Origin: Antedon mediterranea
Taxonomy: Eukaryota > Animalia > Echinodermata
Assembly (NCBI RefSeq): GCF_964355755.1
Contig: NC_092672.1
Coordinates: forward strand, 29,456,437-29,520,436
Length of the DNA stretch: 64,000 nt
Reading direction: 5' to 3'
This document shows, piece after piece, positions 13,456-26,510 of the stretch (position 1 is the first letter of the stretch; each line of letters starts with the position of its first letter). Below the pieces are notes generated by a model. It made no database searches. It saw only the letters and a program-made list of their open reading frames with translations, and was not told the DNA's origin. Made by a program: the position numbers and the translations under genes.

Positions 13456-14524
13456 GACTTTAGTTTGAATTGCTCTTTGCCAGTTGGTGTTTTGAATATT
13501 AATAAGTTGGTAAAATGATAATGATTTTATAAGTAGATTTTAATACGCACCTTTCTTCAATTATTATGGTTATTGTAGACAATATGTCTAGATTTCATCT
13601 ATTACTGTGTGATCTTCTTTATTCATGTTTTATAGCATGTCTTGTTTTTTTACAATTATAAGTAATCCAGAGAACATGGAGTCAATGTTGTATGTGTGCT
13701 TTCAGATTTAAGTCGGTACGTTACAATAGTCTCCAATGCCACAACCATCTTGAGTGTATTTCCCTTTTTAGGTGATTTACATTTTATTTTTTACTGCAAT
13801 TTTAATTTTATTGTTTTTTGCATGGCTGCCAACAAGCTCATGAGAATTCCTGAGCTCGATTGGTTGGACATTTTGTTTGCATCGCAATAAAAGTGTAAAC
13901 TAATTTGGCTGAATTGAAAATCTTCGAGCTTGGTGCCCACCCACTACGCAACACAAACAAAAATAAGCGCGGCAACTAATTTTGCCGATCATGATGAATC
14001 GGCTGGACCTTGCTTGTAATCGGTCAACTCATTTGCGTCCATGTGGACTGTAAAGCCAGTTTTATTCACGCGAACCGAAAGTATAAGGTGATGCTTTCGA
14101 TTTGTGCAAACACCGACAGTGGAAAATAAGTATTAAAGAAGGGTTTAGAAGAAAGGGGTTTGGCCCAAAAGAGTACAGTTAAATTGGCACGCTGATACAT
14201 TACAGTATTTTATTTCAAATGGGCTTAAAAAAGAACTTGAACAAACGGATAAAAAATCTTCAACCTAATTATCAAAAAGTTCTCATTAAAAATAGTAACC
14301 TACTGTACAGTTAATTGTATGGTGTGACTATTTTAAGTATCTGGATTAAATACATTATAACGACTTTAGTATAATTCCCAGCATAAAAACCTAATTCCTG
14401 TAGGATTATTTTAAACCTTGTATTTTTTATTCATCTACTAGTAGTACTAGTGTTATAAAAAATAGTGTCATATTTTAGCCTTTTAGGACCATTAAGTCCG
14501 CACTCAAGATTATCATTTTATAGC

Positions 14525-15020
14525 TGTGTCATCTCCATTAGTTTTATTTGTTTTTTATTACTTTTAAAGTTTAATTTAATGATTGTATAGAATTAAATGA
14601 TTAAAAAGCACCACAGAGGTGGTTTTGGAAGGCCAATTTTAAACTGAAGTATGGGTTAAGTTTTTAGCTCCTGTACAATACAATAAACGATTACAAGTTT
14701 ATATCTCTTTGTCATCTGTACAACAGTTTTGTTTGCTTTTTATTGCTTTAATTTAATGATATCCTTTTTAGAAATAAAACGATTAAAAAACACCATGGAG
14801 GTGGTGTTGGAAGGCCAGTTTTAAACCAAAGTATGGGTTAAGTTTTTATCTCCTGTATGGTACAACTAATTTGTCCATATAGTACAGTATGTCCTATCAT
14901 CTCTATTTAGTTTATTTTTTAATTGCTTTTTATTAAAATATTAATTAAACACAATTAAAAAATACCATGTACAGGGTGGTGTTGGAATTTAAGGCCAATT
15001 TAACCAAAGTACTGTAAGGT
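14525..15020 (+). repeat. Degenerate tandem repeat, ~175 bp x3
   Basis: attaaaaa..acca...ggtgg..ttggaa..ggcca recurs at about 14600, 14780 and 14955. Confidence 0.75.
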
Positions 15021-15024
15021 TTTA

Positions 15025-15995
15025 GGGTATGTTCAGACCTACGGAGTTATGCTTTCGTATCACAGCCAAGGTCATATTTTAATGAGCGTCGTAAGAGCTA
15101 AGTGTTCAGATTCATTGCAACGAAGTCGCGTTACAAACGGATATGATGTCACTCGCTGGCGATTAACCAAACTCTAACGCACGCATAGACCTACTTTGTT
15201 GTTATTAAAAGTAGTAGTGGTTGGTTTGGGAGTTACAGGCCTAGACCGAACACTTGGGCTCGGCATTATCGATTGGTTGTGGTTTGGGTTTATATTTGGT
15301 CTATGACCTAAAATCGGGCCTAAAATATCATTTATGGCAGAAAAAAATTTTCAAATCCCGTACTTGCACCGGCTCCAGATTTATTTACTCGGTCTTTCGC
15401 CGCTTTAATACGACGACCCCTTCAATTTCGTTTGGATATTAAATCCTTCTTTATGAGGATGGCCCGTCTGCTAACGTGTCCGCCATGTCGTTGAACACAG
15501 ACGTGAGACATCTTGTTGCCGGTGCTTTTACGCCAGTTTTTCACTTCCAACCGATTTCTGAACTCAGGGCTTCCCCACAATGAAATAAGGTATTTTACTT
15601 CGGTTTCTCGCCAATGCGCACGCTTTGATGACATTTTAAATTAATTAATATAATAATAATAATACTGTATAGTGTAACAACAAAAGGTACGATTTTTTCG
15701 CACGTTCACCGATCACAACAAATGGATCAGCTATACGATGAGGAGCACATGTCACGATGTGATGTGGCGAATATTGTAATTTGATTGGCTAGATATCTAA
15801 CCTAGGTCATATTCATTGATGCATGACTTTCGTATTGTAAGCGACGTCCACTAAACTCATACCTTGAGCTTTCGTAGCGTACGAAATATCAGTGTCGTAC
15901 GAGGTGGCTTCCACTAATCTTTTCCTGGTTCAGACCTATGGATTTGTACGCCGCGTACAATACGAAAGCATAACTCCGTAGGTCTGAACAGGCCC
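15025..15995 (-). mobile_element. PIF/Harbinger deletion derivative with a Myb/SANT ORF remnant
   Basis: ~36-bp TIR gggtatgttcagacctacggagttatgctttcgtat / atacgaaagcataactccgtaggtctgaacaggccc with TTA TSD on both sides. Confidence 0.9.
15340..15634 (-). pseudogene. Frameshifted Myb/SANT (trihelix-like) DNA-binding gene of the Harbinger element
   Basis: MSSKRAHWRETEVKYLISLWGSPEFRNRLE, then in other frames NIQTKLK and KAAKDRVNKSGAGASTGFENFF. This fits the W...E...LI.LW / TKLK / KSGAG pattern of Harbinger accessory proteins. Confidence 0.8.
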
Positions 15996-16144
15996 TTAGT
16001 TGCAACATAGAGTATTGGTTATTGTTTGAGCATTTATTTATTTCAACCATGTTTAAAGTATGGTAAACCTTCAGTATAAAGGTTCGTTTGGAGGAGAAAT
16101 TAGATGTTTTATTGTTTTCTGCAGAAACACAGCCTAAGTTTGAA

Positions 16145-16331
16145 TTAAGCTTGATTCCCACTAGCGACGCAATGTAACGTATTCTATGCAATGTAAGAAA
16201 ATACCCTTCGAATCATTGGGTTTCCCCCGCCTGCGTGAAATTGAACCTACATGTACGATGGTTCCCATTAGTGATTACGAACTTTGCGTGGATATGTCAC
16301 TGAATTGCGTTGTAGTGGGAACCACGCTTAA
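16145..16331. mobile_element. Harbinger-like MITE
   Basis: ttaagcttgattcccacta ... tagtgggaaccacgcttaa imperfect TIR. A related degenerate copy is at about 13928-14058. Confidence 0.7.
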
Positions 16332-16537
16332 GTGTTTTAATTGCTTTACTGTAGCTTAATTTAAATCCTGATATATAACTATAAGGAAACTTTGCATTTT
16401 TAATCTGATCTAAAAATTGCTCATCTTTTCCTAATAACAGAAAAAAAACCCACATAATTATAAATATTTTTTTTTATCTCCTCACACACAATAAACCTAC
16501 AGTACTGTACCTTCCCTCGAATATCACAGATGAAACG

Positions 16538-16551
16538 GTTACCTAGGGAAC
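16538..16551. promoter_or_regulatory. RFX X-box-like site
   Basis: GTTACCTAGGGAAC in intron 2. Confidence 0.35.
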
Positions 16552-18295
16552 AAACAGTTGTTTTCGCTTAGTTGATGAGGATGTTGGTTCATAAGGAGAA
16601 TGGTAGATGTTGCATTTCAACAGTGACATTCCCATACGCCGCATACACTACTGTAGTTTCTTCTGATTTGTTTTTACCTTTTTAATGTGTTTTAGATTCA
16701 TGTTATTAATGGATCATTTTATGTCGATTTTCTTTTCGCTTTCTTGTTAATATTTTTGAATGAAATTAATTTGAAAAAAAATATGAGATGATTTTTATCC
16801 GTAATAAATACCATCCTTTTTGGAAAACTTTTTGATGATGGCATAATTTCCTCATTTCCGTCATTTAACCTGTTGAAATTTAATTAGATTCACTCACATG
16901 TAAACAATTTAGAACAATTGTCTACAAATTGAAAGAATTTTTACCAATTACAGTCGAAAAAATGGTTTTGTAGGGCAGGGTGAGAGTAATTACTTAGATA
17001 ACATTTGTGTTTATTCTAAGCTGTTATTATTGTCTAGAGGGGTGATCAAGTTTAGCTTTTAAAACTATTTAAACTGAATAATAATCATATTTAATATTTC
17101 GAAATGGTTTAACAATTCCTACAGAAACAGGATTACCAAATTTTATTATTATTTCTGATATTTTACTTTAAAATTCTAACTTTATTTTTGCTGAAATATA
17201 TATTTCATAAGACCAGTTAAGATCGGATAATATGATTAAATAGAAATTTTAGCTTTCTTTTCTTTTATATATTATTAGTTTATGTAATTCTTTTTCGTAT
17301 TAAAGTTACTGTATATCTTAGGGTGGGTCGAAATAAAAAGTCTTTAACTAACTTTAAATATGACACTCTCCCATGACTGAACTACTTTTCATTGTACAGT
17401 ATTATATGCAATTTTATTTATTAACAAACTAGTTTCATTATGTTATTGTCTGTTATATTGTGGAAATTAATTTAAATTGAAATACTAAACGCTCCTAACA
17501 TTCTGTGGAATAGAAGCTATTTTGAACTGTCTATTAGTATTTAATAATTCTGTATTATTAGTATTAACAATACGTTAATAGTGCTAGCCATTCCATCTGT
17601 TGTTCACCTAATTTCATTCATTTAGAAGCCTTGTGCTATGTCCTTTACAAAATAAAACACAATGCATTTAATTACTAAACATTACACCATTATAAACAAA
17701 AGATGAATGGGCCTGTCTATCCTGAGCCTATACAAATGAAAGGTACAAATCACACAAGGTTACTCCTATAGTTGCCCATTCAGGGATCTTCTCAACAGTG
17801 CGACAATAACATGTGTTTTTAATGATACTTGTTTTACATAGAATAGCCTAGTTTTATTGAATAGAGATGGACTAAGAGTAAGACTTAATTTATGCTCTTT
17901 TCTCAGCCGGAGTTAATTATAGTCATTCAATCGGTTTAACTAATATACCTCTGAAACGTTTAGTTTAGTATCATTATTAAAACATTATTGTATGATAACA
18001 GTTCCAGTTCCAAACCAATCACACATCCCCTTACAGTATAGTAGTAACTTAACTCTCTGATGGTTAATTCAGCTTAAGTCGGTTCTATGCACGCTTAACA
18101 CTATAGTGTGTGCGAATAGGACTATAGAAAATTTCCGTGAGTGCCAGAATATTTTTAATTACTTTATTATTTAAAGCACAAAAATGGAGTTAAATTCTAC
18201 ATCATAATTTTTTTTTTTGATAACTCTTTTGATAGTTTAATATTGTTTTAATACCAATGTACTTCAATTTATGCTTTTAATTTGGTTATTTTCAG

Positions 18296-18414
18296 CTTGT
18301 ACCAGGGGACGGTTCAGACACATCATCACAATGTGCGGAGAGTCACAATGGGGAGATGCAACCCCCAATGGAACGCACAGGCGGCATAGGAGACTCGCGC
18401 CCGCCTTCGTTTCA
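18296..18414 (+). CDS. dvl: Dishevelled coding exon 3
   Basis: Acceptor attttcag|; reads LVPGDGSDTSSQCAESHNGEMQPPMERTGGIGDSRPPSF-H, containing the conserved Dvl motif ERTGGIGDSRPPSFH; donor CA|gtaagt (phase 2). Confidence 0.97.
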
Positions 18415-18526
18415 GTAAGTTTTTTGTCGATCAGGTCATTTTTTGTACAGTATTTCTTCTGTATAGTTTGTTGATGCTGCAAGAAGTTGAGGTATCAATC
18501 CACCTAATTTACAGACAATTCATTAG

Positions 18527-18692
18527 AGCGAATGAGTGGCCAAGACAGTGGAACTGTATACATATAATATCGGGGTTCAAGCCTCAATTGCTCAAGTGAT
18601 TGATCGGATAAGGTCCAAAATTGCTTGTGAACACCTAGTACTGTACATCTTTCGAGACGAGTAAGGGCTGTACTAGTACACACAGCCACTGT
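18527..18692 (+). mobile_element. Degenerate copy of the 7359 SINE
   Basis: Colinear blocks gagtggcc..aagacagtggaac, tcggataagg, cctagta..catctttcgaga.gagta, cacagccactg. Confidence 0.75.
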
Positions 18693-19372
18693 AACACACA
18701 GCTATAAATGTCCCGCATAATTACAATTCCTCCTGATTGTTATTTCATTTACTAATTTGAATTTATATCCAACCTTCTTAATTTGAAATATATAAAGTTT
18801 TTATATTATACATTAGCTAGCTCTAGCAAAGCTAGTAACAATGAAATAGAAGTGCTTGGTAAGTAGACCCAGAGCTAACTTTTAAAATCAACACTTCCTC
18901 AAGTGTGATCCTAGGCTTGATATTGTACCAAGTGGCTTGAGTGTACCCTTGGTTATTAGGTTTACTTCCTTTGAAATCTTTGGAAAAGTGCAATTTAATT
19001 TATAGGACATCGTGGATGCACATTTTATGGAGACAGAGACAAAAATAGGCCGTTATTCTGGATCTTGTTGACCATAGCAGTGGATGGCTGGGGACTATTA
19101 GAGTGCTAAAGGATTTCAGATCTAGTTGACCTACAGTACGAGCTGCTTGAGACTAATAAGGCCAATTTTTTTATGTTGTTTCTTTTGACCATTTACACTA
19201 AATGTGGAGCAGAGAGGTGGTTGAGCGGAAACCTGCTCAGGATACAGTATACTGATTTCATGTGGGACAAGCAAGCTGTTTTTGGCTTGCTGTTAATGCT
19301 CGTCTGTGTAAATTGACCTTAATAGTCTCCATAAACCTAGCCATCCAGTACTGTACACTACAGTACTCTTAG

Positions 19373-20719
19373 CTTGTAGGTCAAGTAGATCTGAAATCCT
19401 TAGCCCTCTAATAGTCTCCAGACACTCTGCCATCCACTACTAGTAGGTCAACTACATCTGAAATCCTTAGCCCTCTAATAGTCTCCAGACACTCTGCCAT
19501 CCACTACTTGTAGGTCAAGTAGATCTGAAATCCTAAGCCTTCTAATAGTCTTCAGACACTCTGCCATCCACTACTAGTAGGTCAACTACATCTGAAATCC
19601 TTAGCCCTCTAATAGTCTCCAGACACTCTGCCATCCACTACTTGTAGGTCAAGTAGATCTGAAATCCTAAGCCTTCTAATAGTCTTCAGACACTCTGCCA
19701 TCCACTACTAGTAGGTCAACTACATCTGAAATCCTTAGCCCTCTAATAGTCGCCAGACACTCTGCCATCCACTACTTGTAGGTCAAGTAGATCTGAAATC
19801 CTAAGCCTTCTAATAGTCTTCAGACACTCTGCCATCCACTACTAGTAGGTCAACTACATCTGAAATCCTTAGCCCTCTAATAGTCTCCAGACACTCTGCC
19901 ATCCACTACTTGTAGGTCAAGTAGATCTGAAATCCTTAGCCCTCTAATAGTCTCCAGACACTCTGCCATCCACTACTTGTAGGTCAAGTAGATCTGAAAT
20001 CCTAAGCCTTCTAATAGTCTTCAGACACTCTGCCATCCACTACTTGTAGGTCAAGTAGATCTGAAATCCTTAGCCCTCTAATAGTCTCCAGACACTCTGC
20101 CATCCACTACTTGTAGGTCAAGTAGATCTGAAATCCTAAGCCTTCTAATAGTCTTCAGACACTCTGCCATCCACTACTAGTAGGTCAACTACATCTGAAA
20201 TCCTTAGCCCTCTAATAGTCTCCAGACACTCTGCCATCCACTACTTGTAGGTCAAGTAGATCTGAAATCCTAAGCCTTCTAATAGTCTTCAGACACTCTG
20301 CCATCCACTACTAGTAGGTCAACTACATCTGAAATCCTTAGCCCTCTAATAGTCTCCAGACACTCTGCCATCCACTACTTGTAGGTCAAGTAGATCTGAA
20401 ATCCTAAGCCTTCTAATAGTCTTCAGACACTCTGCCATCCACTACTAGTAGGTCAACTACATCTGAAATCCTTAGCCCTCTAATAGTCTCCAGACACTCT
20501 GCCATCCACTACTTGTAGGTCAAGTAGATCTGAAATCCTTAGCCCTCTAATAGTCTCCAGACACTCTGCCATCCACTACTTGTAGGTCAAGTAGATCTGA
20601 AATCCTAAGCCTTCTAATAGTCTTCAGACACTCTGCCATCCACTACTACTACTAGTAGGTCAACTAGATCTGAAATCCTTAGCCCTCTAATAGTCTCCAG
20701 ACACTGCCATCCACTGCTA
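19373..20719 (+). repeat. 67-bp satellite array (~20 copies)
   Basis: Unit taatagtctccagacactctgccatccactacttgtaggtcaagtagatctgaaatccttagccctc with two mostly alternating variants. One inverted copy lies at 19075-19135. Confidence 0.96.
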
Positions 20720-22139
20720 ATCTAAATTGGTCTTTAGAGTGGTAAGGATTTTAGATCTGCTTAACCTAATGATCTTTGCAGGCTACTGTAGTGTATTACT
20801 CGCACTAGAGGATGATGGCATTCTCTTCAATAGCTATTCCATAAATAAATCTAAGTCTTCTTTGGTCTTCAGGTTCATTTCTACTGGATTTTGAATAATT
20901 GGTTATACTTAGTACCTTTGACCTGGCCTAGTTTAAGCATGCACGCCTACTGTAGCATAGCCATAATATAGATTAATACAAAACAATCTTTTTTTACTAC
21001 TGTAGGCCTAGTGTTAAATGTACAGTAGCTGCTTCTTTTGCATACAGTTGACTTGGCTGGAAATAAAGACTTTCATCCTAAGTCTACAGTAGTATATTTA
21101 CAGTACTCTACTGCTGTGTGGGTTGCTTAGTATTCCCATGGCTCTAAGTCCTTTTTACTAAAGTAGCTCATTACGTCAGTATCTCCTTATGTCATCTCGA
21201 CTGTCAAACTCTGTTTGTATCATGATGTAGAAATGATCTATGCCAATTTAAACCCTATTAATAGCACAATAAACGCTGTTAAATGCCCTGTTTGTAGGTT
21301 GGCACGAGTTCATTAACACTAAGACTGCTTTTATTGGACATTAATGTTTTCTCTTTATTATTACATTCTTCAACTGACCAATTACACTACACACAAATGT
21401 ACTAGCAAATTCTTAAAGTTGGATGTCAAAAACATACAGTGTAGATAATGTAGTATCTATTTTAAATTTTTTTTTTTTTGGTAGGTGAAAAAAGTTGATG
21501 TCGTCAGCTTCATATTCTGCCCATTATTGGCACCATCTTTACTTCCATACATTTTTGACGTACTACAGTACATGGTAACACCCAATGACTAACCTAAATT
21601 TTATGAATAAATTACACCTTATGGGGTATACAGTATGTCAGAAAAAGTAAGATATCAACCTCAAGTACTGTCTGGTCTTTTGAATTGTCTCCTGTAGAAT
21701 TATAGATGTTTATTAAAAACTATGATATTGATACATTGTATCTAAATATCTCAGAATAAATTACACCTTGACATGCTACAGTACATACTTTTCAAAAGGC
21801 ACTTGATATACAGTAAACCACTGGTGCGTATCAACGTATCATTCCAATCAGTATTATTCTATTAACAAATTTAAACAAAGCCTATTAATGTAACCACAAC
21901 TATCCCATGAGACTTTGCAGATTTACAACCTGAATATTAAAAACATTAAAAAATATACAGGCAGTATGCTATAAAATGTGTTACTCAAAACAAGTCTGAA
22001 AAACGTAATACCTTGAGATTGATGTTAATACCACATTATAGCCTTTGGATTTACAGTAATTGGTATTAATGATAGTTATTGCTATTGTTGTTAAGAAGAA
22101 TGGGCTGAGGTTTAGTAATTACGTTGTAATAGCAAGGAA

Positions 22140-22250
22140 CAGACTAGCATGTGACAGGCATGGGTTCAAGACCTGTCTGTGCCTTTTGCTGGTATTCTTA
22201 ACCATCTTTTACACCTGCTCCGGTCCGACTCCGGCTAATAAAATTGAACA
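22140..22250 (+). mobile_element. Degenerate tRNA-SINE fragment
   Basis: B-box-like gggttcaagacc followed by CORE-like sequence. Confidence 0.35.
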
Positions 22251-22576
22251 TCAATGTTCTGTTTTCATTAGGCTCCACGCCACTATGCGCATATGAAGAA
22301 AACAAGGGTGCATTAAAACTGGTCTTAATTTAAATACTGACACATTAAAGATGTTACAGTATATTGATTTTTGGTTTGTTCTAGAATGAAAATAGCGTAA
22401 CAATTGCGACACACTTGTATAGTGGTAAATCGTGTTCATCTTTTTCTACAAGAATTGACATTAGTTTAGCCACAATGTGTGCCAACAATTTCCTTCTGCC
22501 TTCCTCTCCTAAATCTTCCTAAAAGTACTTTGTAACATAACAGACAGAAAATGTAAACCTCTCACATTATTAATAG

Positions 22577-22803
22577 TACAATAGGTCATATTTACCTTAT
22601 TGTCTGCTTCATAAACAGACCATGTGATACTATCAACCAATAGCATTGCATTACAATAGGTCATATTTACCTTATTGTCTGCTTCATAAACAGACCATGT
22701 GATACTATCAACCAATGGCAATACATTACAATAGGTCATATTTACCTTATTGTCTGCTTCATAAACAGACCATGTGATACTATCAACCAATAGCATTGCA
22801 TAC
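22577..22803 (+). repeat. 75-bp tandem repeat x3
   Basis: acaataggtcatatttaccttattg... at 22578, 22653 and 22728. Confidence 0.95.
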
Positions 22804-23869
22804 ATTGTTGATGTCATTAACCTCAAAAGCTTACTCAGCTGACCTGAAATTCTGATAAACTTTCTCTCTTTTGTTCTTCATAGTGTTTAAAATACCAATA
22901 CTTTTGACTGAAGTGCCTGCCATACATTAGTACTTAGCAATTGTGAAGGAGCTTATGTCCAAACAACATTATTGAATAAAACATGATAATTACTTGATAA
23001 GAGAGGAAATATGTGGCAATTTATGTTAATACAGGGTTACTGACAGCCAATTGATTCCCATTATCTGTACTTAAGATTTGATAGTTTGTGGTTATCCTTT
23101 ATTATTAGTATTTGGAAGGTGATAATTGAATAATCATTAATGATCGTTTATCTGTTGTGCAAACTTCATTCAACTTTCATAAAGATTATTGAAAATTATC
23201 AAATAAATCAAAATGTTGAATTCTTAATGTGTCTAGCCTTGATTTGGAGTTATCCTTGTTTTTAAAAATAAATGCTACAGTACTGTACCTGTACTTTGAA
23301 TTGAATAAGCTAGACAGTATGCAAGCATGCAGGTATTTTTCAGCATGTCGCATCCATTAGACAGTGTCATACCACATCGGAAAACATCCCTATTTATTTG
23401 GGGAAAATCGTTGAACCTAAATTTGTTGTAATTGTCAACAACTTTTTATCTAACTCAACTTAATTAGTAAACAGGATTACATTACATTAGGGGGTTAAAA
23501 TCAGTACTGAAAGTATGAATCAACTTCATATACCATCAATTTACCGAATTTTGCCCTTATGTAGATTTTTAGATTATAATTGTCAACAGAGAAAAATTGA
23601 TTCAGTGAATCTGGCAAGAGTATTGGCCATCAAAATAAATTGTGTCCCCTCCATGCAGACAAAGTTTTCTCTTCTTATTCTTCTATAACAAAACTAATCA
23701 GCTTTGATGACAAATTACTGTATACTAAAGTTAGAATCTGAATCACTATAATACTGTGACCTTTTCATCTCAGGTTATATAATTTATCATAATTAAATGT
23801 AGCCTTAATAATTTTCAAAGTGTGTTTCTTGGGATTGAATTACTCCACTGTATGTTACTGGTTTTCTGA

Positions 23870-24195
23870 AGATATGCTAAACGATGCAAATTCCAGCAAG
23901 CCTTTAAAAAAAATAGCAATACCCCATTGAACATGTTCCGGCTCACTTACAAAAAAGTATAAATTTTGGGGTTAACTACTTATTATTCTGGCCCGGAAAC
24001 CTCGACTAAGAAATACCGGAATTGTGTCCGGCGGAGGATAGTTTATTACCATTAGTTAGGGTCTAATGTAAAGCACCTAGAGGGGTCAGTGATCCATTAG
24101 GCTCTATATAAATATTGTTTATTATTATTATGGGGAAAAACATCATTTTTGTTTCAAAATAACTGTTTTATAAATAAATGTGTTACCCCAAAAAT
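23870..24195. mobile_element. Degenerate relative of the 11672 element interrupted by an L2-like 3' tail
   Basis: gctaaac...aaaaaaaatagcaatacccc...gaac and ttaactacttatt resemble the 11672 unit. tgtaaagcac...ttaggctctatataaat..(tta)n at about 24065-24130 is a typical L2/SINE 3' end. Confidence 0.55.
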
Positions 24196-25796
24196 AATGC
24201 AATATTCAAATTTGTCAAAGGTTCATGTACTGATAACTGTAATACTTGACTGATTACAAGAAAGAAAGGGGATAAAATGTAAATTACACAGTATAGATAG
24301 TACACTTACAGAAATATTGAGGCCCAGCATGTTTAATAAAACTATATACAGATAAGGGTAAATTAATATTAATGTACCATACTTTATTTTTATTAGTATA
24401 GTTAGCTTAATATTCTACTGAACAATAAATACATGTGCATGTCCATCAATTGTATGTTTACAGTACAGTACTCTCTTAACACACAGTGGAATATATTCAG
24501 AGGTCAAAGTTGAACATGAGCATTGTTAGGTGTTTATCATAAGTTGTCAATCATCCCTTGCGTTAAGTGTCACTCAAATTAATTGAATTTCATTACATGG
24601 TTTTGAAGCATGTGGCTTTAAATGTCAGGTTTGTTCCTTGTGTTTGGATAAGCAAATTCGCTAGCTATTTTTAACCAATCGGCTATGTAGATAAATAGTT
24701 TTGATAGCCATCTTGTCTGTTAAAAAAACATCCTTTCTGGTAGGTCTACTGACATGTTAACTATTTTTAGGTTCCCAAGTTTTGACCATCATATCACTGG
24801 TATTGCATTACTACAAATAGAATACAGAATTCTTATTGGTCCAAAAAAGAATTTCGTTTTGTTGATAAGCTCAAACAATTATAATATAAATTTAAAAGTC
24901 GTGAATACCAAAAAAAAAATAATCATTTCTTTAAACAAATAATTAAAAATCTCTAATTCATAAGATTGCTCGCTCTCCCTGCAATGAACACATTTCATTA
25001 CAAAATCAAATATAGTAGAGCCTCTATAGGGGACACCCACCAACATGTTCTTAAATAAAAGTAGATGGTAGTGGTATTGCATGCTGTATATCATTAACAG
25101 GAGAGTGTCCCCTTAATATGAATGCCCCAAAATGGGTAGTTTTACTGTTTTTCATTCAATCTGTGAAAGTTCTGCGACGTCAATCCCATCATACTATATT
25201 TTACATAAAATCTATTAAAAAAATACAGTTGAAAAAAAATACTACTACCGACATATGGTTATTTAACTTAAGTACTTTTTTCCTATGTTGTGTAGAATTT
25301 TCTGTAAAATGCCATCTGACAAACTGATTTAAAATACTAACAAAATGCTATGATAAAATAATGTTGTCATAGAGAAGGTTGTCATTTGTCACCTGAAAGT
25401 GACATATATACCTGGCCTTCTACTTTATTTATGACAGTTGTTGTTTACCATTGAACAACTATTACTTGTAAATGTTTCCTAATACATAATTGATGCTTTT
25501 ATATCCAAACGATTACATCATCAATTTGTACCCTATGCATTGCAGGATTTACATTACTCAAATTGGTTATTATTTTGATATACAACAGAGAATTGTAGCT
25601 ATTAGGAACTGTAATAGGTTTTGATGAATCTATTTCTATAGCCATGTACAGTATAATATAGTAGTACCTGTAGGCCTGCTGTGTAGTGTACCTGAATCAA
25701 GTTTCTTTATAATATGGGTAGATATAGTATAGAAGTGGGTGTAAAAAAACAGAGTTAGGGAAAAAGTGAGTGGGGGAAGGGAGGGGCGTACAGTAT

Positions 25797-26161
25797 AAGT
25801 GTGGGAGGGAAAAAGCTAAAACTTTCAGGTATCTAGAGGTTTCTTTAGGTGGGTCAAATAGCTTGGGTGGTGTAAGGCCTTATATAGCTTTAGACAATGC
25901 TTTTTATGTGGGTGAACAGTTTAAACGGTACACATGTTCCTGCCCATCCCCACCCAGAAGTACTGTAAATCCATGAGCCAGAAGTGTGGGTGAGAAAAAG
26001 CTAAAACTTTCAGGTATCTAGAGGTTTCTTTAGGTGGGTGAAATAGCCTGGGTGTAAGGCCTTATATAGCTATAGGCAATGCTTTTTAGGTGGGTGGAAC
26101 ACTCTTCAATGGTACCCCCTTGTTCCTGCCCATCTCCACCCAGAAGTACTGTAAATCCATG
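25797..26161 (+). repeat. ~185-bp tandem duplication
   Basis: aagtgtggg..aaaaagctaaaacttt..caggtatctagagg...cacccagaagtactgtaaatccatg occurs twice. Confidence 0.88.
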
Positions 26162-26439
26162 CACCAGATAAAGCATTCAAACACCAGGCAGTTCATCCTT
26201 TCAATTGATTGAAAGAGTAATTTATTGAAGACTTGCTTCAGATTGATCATGAAGTTTTGGGTCTTTTTTTTTCCGTTTTAATTTGTTGGATCAACATATG
26301 TTACTGTAGATCAAAACCTTACGTTTATTACACAACTTATGCATTGGCTATGCTATACTGGCGAAAATATTGCCTGATCTGTACATGTAGCAGAATTTAT
26401 GATGTAGTAAAAAAAATATGTTATTCTTTTATCTTGCAG

Positions 26440-26510
26440 TGCAAACGCCGAAGGAAGTTCAGAAAAACTAATTGACACAGAAACTGAATCAGTTGTTAGC
26501 TCAAGAAGAG
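26440..26510 (+). CDS. dvl: Dishevelled coding exon 4
   Basis: Acceptor tcttgcag|; reads (H)ANAEGSSEKLIDTETESVVSSRR, matching the Dvl DTETESVVS.RR motif; donor AG|gtaagc (phase 1). Confidence 0.95.

Noticed and set aside
19373-20719. Regular repeat array considered as a CRISPR array
   Set aside because: No unique spacers, eukaryotic intron context and no cas genes; it is a plain satellite. The same applies to the other arrays.
22509-22826. Repetitive 105-aa ORF
   Set aside because: By-product of the 75-bp tandem repeat. The 12865 ORF likewise comes from the minisatellite and the 35476 ORF from the ATC tract.
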